Of a DNA stretch of 64,000 nucleotides, positions 61,526 to 64,000 are shown in pieces (position 1 is the stretch's first letter; every line of letters begins with the position of its first letter). The DNA comes from Planctomycetota bacterium (GTDB lineage Bacteria; Planctomycetota; B15-G4), in assembly GCA_038212275.1 (NCBI GenBank), contig JBBQUR010000015.1, positions 58,828 to 122,827 on the forward strand. The letters are read 5' to 3'. The notes under the pieces are model-generated. The model was not told the DNA's origin. It searched no databases and worked only from the letters and a program-made list of their open reading frames with translations. A program made the translations under genes and the position numbers.

Positions 61526-62461
61526 ATGGACGAGTTCGAAGCGGCACGACTCATCGAGAAGGCAGGGCCTCACTTCCACAGCCGCTTCGGCGGCTTGTGG
61601 ACGGATCTCAGCAATGCCGTCGAGGTCGTGAGCGGCAAGCTCGAGTTGGGCATGATCACGCCGAAGGACGCCGACGATCTGCGGTTCTGGATCGAGAACG
61701 GCTATGTCGTGTTCGAGCAGGCGGTGCCGCACGAGTTGATCGACCGCGTGCTCGCCGATGTCGAACTCGCCTGGCAGGGGCGCTGGCCGTCCGTGAACGT
61801 GGAACACGAGGACGCCACCGGCATGCAGATCGCGCCGATGCGCGCCGACCTGCGCGGCAAGCGCACGAAGATTCTCGACCTCAATGCGGTCAGCAGTGCC
61901 ACGATCACGGCCTCCTATGCGGACCCGGTGCGCCGCTTCCTCGGGCTGCTCTTCGAGCGGCCGGCGCTGGCCTTCCAGACGCTGGTGTTCGAGCAGGGCA
62001 CGTCGATTCCGCTGCACCAGGACACGGCTTTCGTGGGCGTCCGCTCGCCGCTCGAGCTCGTGGCCTCATGGATCGCGATGCAGGACGTGCTGCCGAACAG
62101 CGGTGAGTTGCAGTACTACGTCGGCAGCCACCGCATCCAGGAGCTGCTCTTCGACGACAAGTACAAGCTCATGCCGATCGGCTTCCCGCAGCCGGAGCTC
62201 TACCTGCAGTCGCTGCACGACCGGGCGCGCGCGCTCGGGCTGCCGCTGGTCAAGTTCCAGCCGCGCAAGGGTGATGCACTGCTCTGGCACGCCGAGCTGA
62301 TCCACGGCGGCGCGGCCGAACGCGATCCGAAGACCACGCGTCGCAGCCTGATCTCGCACTACTGCCCGATCAACGTCGAGCCCGGCTACTTTGCCTACTG
62401 GAAACACAGCGGCGTGCAGTCCCACGACAAGGGCTGCTTTCACTGCTGGGCGCTGCGCTGA
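61526..62461 (+). CDS. Phytanoyl-CoA dioxygenase family (Fe/2OG)
   Basis: HQD, SWIAMQD, GSH, WHAELIHGG. Confidence 0.9.
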   Translation: MDEFEAARLIEKAGPHFHSRFGGLWTDLSNAVEVVSGKLELGMITPKDADDLRFWIENGYVVFEQAVPHELIDRVLADVELAWQGRWPSVNVEHEDATGMQIAPMRADLRGKRTKILDLNAVSSATITASYADPVRRFLGLLFERPALAFQTLVFEQGTSIPLHQDTAFVGVRSPLELVASWIAMQDVLPNSGELQYYVGSHRIQELLFDDKYKLMPIGFPQPELYLQSLHDRARALGLPLVKFQPRKGDALLWHAELIHGGAAERDPKTTRRSLISHYCPINVEPGYFAYWKHSGVQSHDKGCFHCWALR

Positions 62462-62706
62462 GCCTTCGCGCTCACGGCCGGAGCCGGCCACGCGCGAGAC
62501 GACCCACATCGGCGTTCCGTGCGAAGGCGAATTGTCATGCTCTGGAAGGTGCGCTGCATTGTCGGGATCCACACGCTCTCTATCGGCCTGCCATCATCTT
62601 CCGTGCAGCTCGGCGCTGTCAGTCGGCCATGATGGACCTGCCGACAGTGCCTTCGTGGCACACCTTGAACTAACACAACCCACAACTACAGCGGACAACG
62701 ACAAGG

Positions 62707-63549
62707 TCAGCGACGTTCCTTAGGTCCTTCATCGACGCTTCGCACATAGTTTACTCGAGAAGTGATTACGGAGCCGGCGGGAATTGTCTTAGGATAGAAG
62801 TCCGATTCGTTCCCATATTTATACTCCGCGTCACAAGTCTTCGTCGTAACCCTATTCACGACAAGCGGAACATGATCTATGTCAACTTCACTTCTCTGCC
62901 AGCGCCAGAACAGATTCATACCTTCAAAAACGCCATCAACCTCGCCGAGATCAATGCTTTGACCGCCCGCGACGCTCTCCGCCAACACGGTTCCCGATAT
63001 TGGCTTGTCCAGAACGTAGCGTTGCCATACGCGCGGCAATTCCGCTTTATTGATGCTACCGACAATATCCCAATCGCTCTCTCGGAGAAAAAACTTTCCC
63101 CATTTGCCATTGCGTGGTTCATCACCTGCATTAATAGCTTGGCAGAATGACAGAAATCCGGCTTCCTCCACTAAATACAGTCGCCCCCCCGCCATCACTT
63201 GGCACAGATTCAGTAATGGCTTGCCGGACAATGTTGAAATGGCCTCTCGGGGAAATGCCAGCCTTACTATATCGAGATCAATTGACCAAGATCCAATCGT
63301 GTCACCGATAGGAGCATGCTCATCCCCCTCTTTGATGACCACTCGCCCGTCACCTGTACCACGAAAAGTTGCCGATCCGTCAGCGGAGAGCGAAAGCGTT
63401 TCATTTACCCTTCCCCGGTTGCCGCGGAAATAAGACCCGACGACAGAAGGGCCATCGCCCTTGCCACTGCGATCCTGTTCCTGCACTCCCACGCTCGACG
63501 TCAGCAGGAAGGCAAGGCAGGAGAACATGATCGGAATGATCATTTTCAT
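62707..63549 (-). CDS. Exported hypothetical protein in a low-GC segment
   Basis: Signal peptide; 280-aa ORF with AT-richer codons. Confidence 0.75.
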   Translation of the reverse strand: MKMIIPIMFSCLAFLLTSSVGVQEQDRSGKGDGPSVVGSYFRGNRGRVNETLSLSADGSATFRGTGDGRVVIKEGDEHAPIGDTIGSWSIDLDIVRLAFPREAISTLSGKPLLNLCQVMAGGRLYLVEEAGFLSFCQAINAGDEPRNGKWGKFFLRESDWDIVGSINKAELPRVWQRYVLDKPISGTVLAESVAGGQSIDLGEVDGVFEGMNLFWRWQRSEVDIDHVPLVVNRVTTKTCDAEYKYGNESDFYPKTIPAGSVITSRVNYVRSVDEGPKERR

Positions 63550-63669
63550 GATTTACCTTAAGTGAGACACGGAACCACGAATGCCACTGGAATTTGCAAA
63601 CTCATCTGAGGGGCCCTCAAACGGAAGTCCTGATGAGGGATCGATTCCCCCACCGCTCAGGCCGTCTAA

Positions 63670-64000
63670 GTGCGTAAGGAAAAACAAGCGCCCCCCACCC
63701 TACCGCAGCGCCCGCGCCGTGTCCTGCCTTCGGACGTGAATGCCGCTCTGCCGGCTACACGGCGCCGCCACTCCCCGCTCCGCGGCGCGCGCGCCCGGAT
63801 CCAGGCGCCGACATCCCGGCGCGGCTGGCCCGTTCTGACGCCCGGCGCGCAGACCCGCCCCGATCACGTCCCCGGCGACGCGCTGACCAACTCCCTGCAC
63901 ACCTCTCTTCTCACCTCACCACTGAAATCCCGGAGGTGGCCGCGCCGGGTGCCGCACCGGCGCTTCCGTCGGCAGCCCCAGCGAGGTCAGGATCGCTGCC
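63670..64000 (-). mobile_element. IS91-family C-terminal remnant plus type A end (runs off window)
   Basis: AAILTSLGLP....ARPP followed by about 250 bp homologous to 26803-27140 and 45771-46080. Confidence 0.85.

Overview
Very GC-rich bacterial window. The lineage is probably Planctomycetota-like; this is inferred only from protein-family content and style. The left part (about 8.5-26.2 kb) is a compact aryl-polyene-like type II PKS/FAS cluster: two KS/CLF pairs, ACP, FabG, two dehydratases, thioesterase, two acyltransferases, GT2, LolA-like, MMPL and DUF3261-like genes. It also has two flavin-dependent halogenase-motif enzymes and an O-methyltransferase, with one halogenase and the methyltransferase inverted inside the cluster. 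The rest (about 26.8-64 kb) is an accessory mosaic. Single unrelated genes and gene fragments are separated by about 15 short, differently deleted IS91/ISCR (Y2-HUH) remnants. Nearly all remnants keep an oriIS-like end, in several copies a hairpin with a 13-nt loop whose flank-side arm covaries with the element. No intact transposase is present. A probable unannotated selenoprotein lies at 38067-39338 (thioredoxin-like, in-frame TGA followed at once by a SECIS-like hairpin). No rRNA, tRNA or CRISPR array was recognised. All family assignments come from motif recognition by eye, not from database searches.
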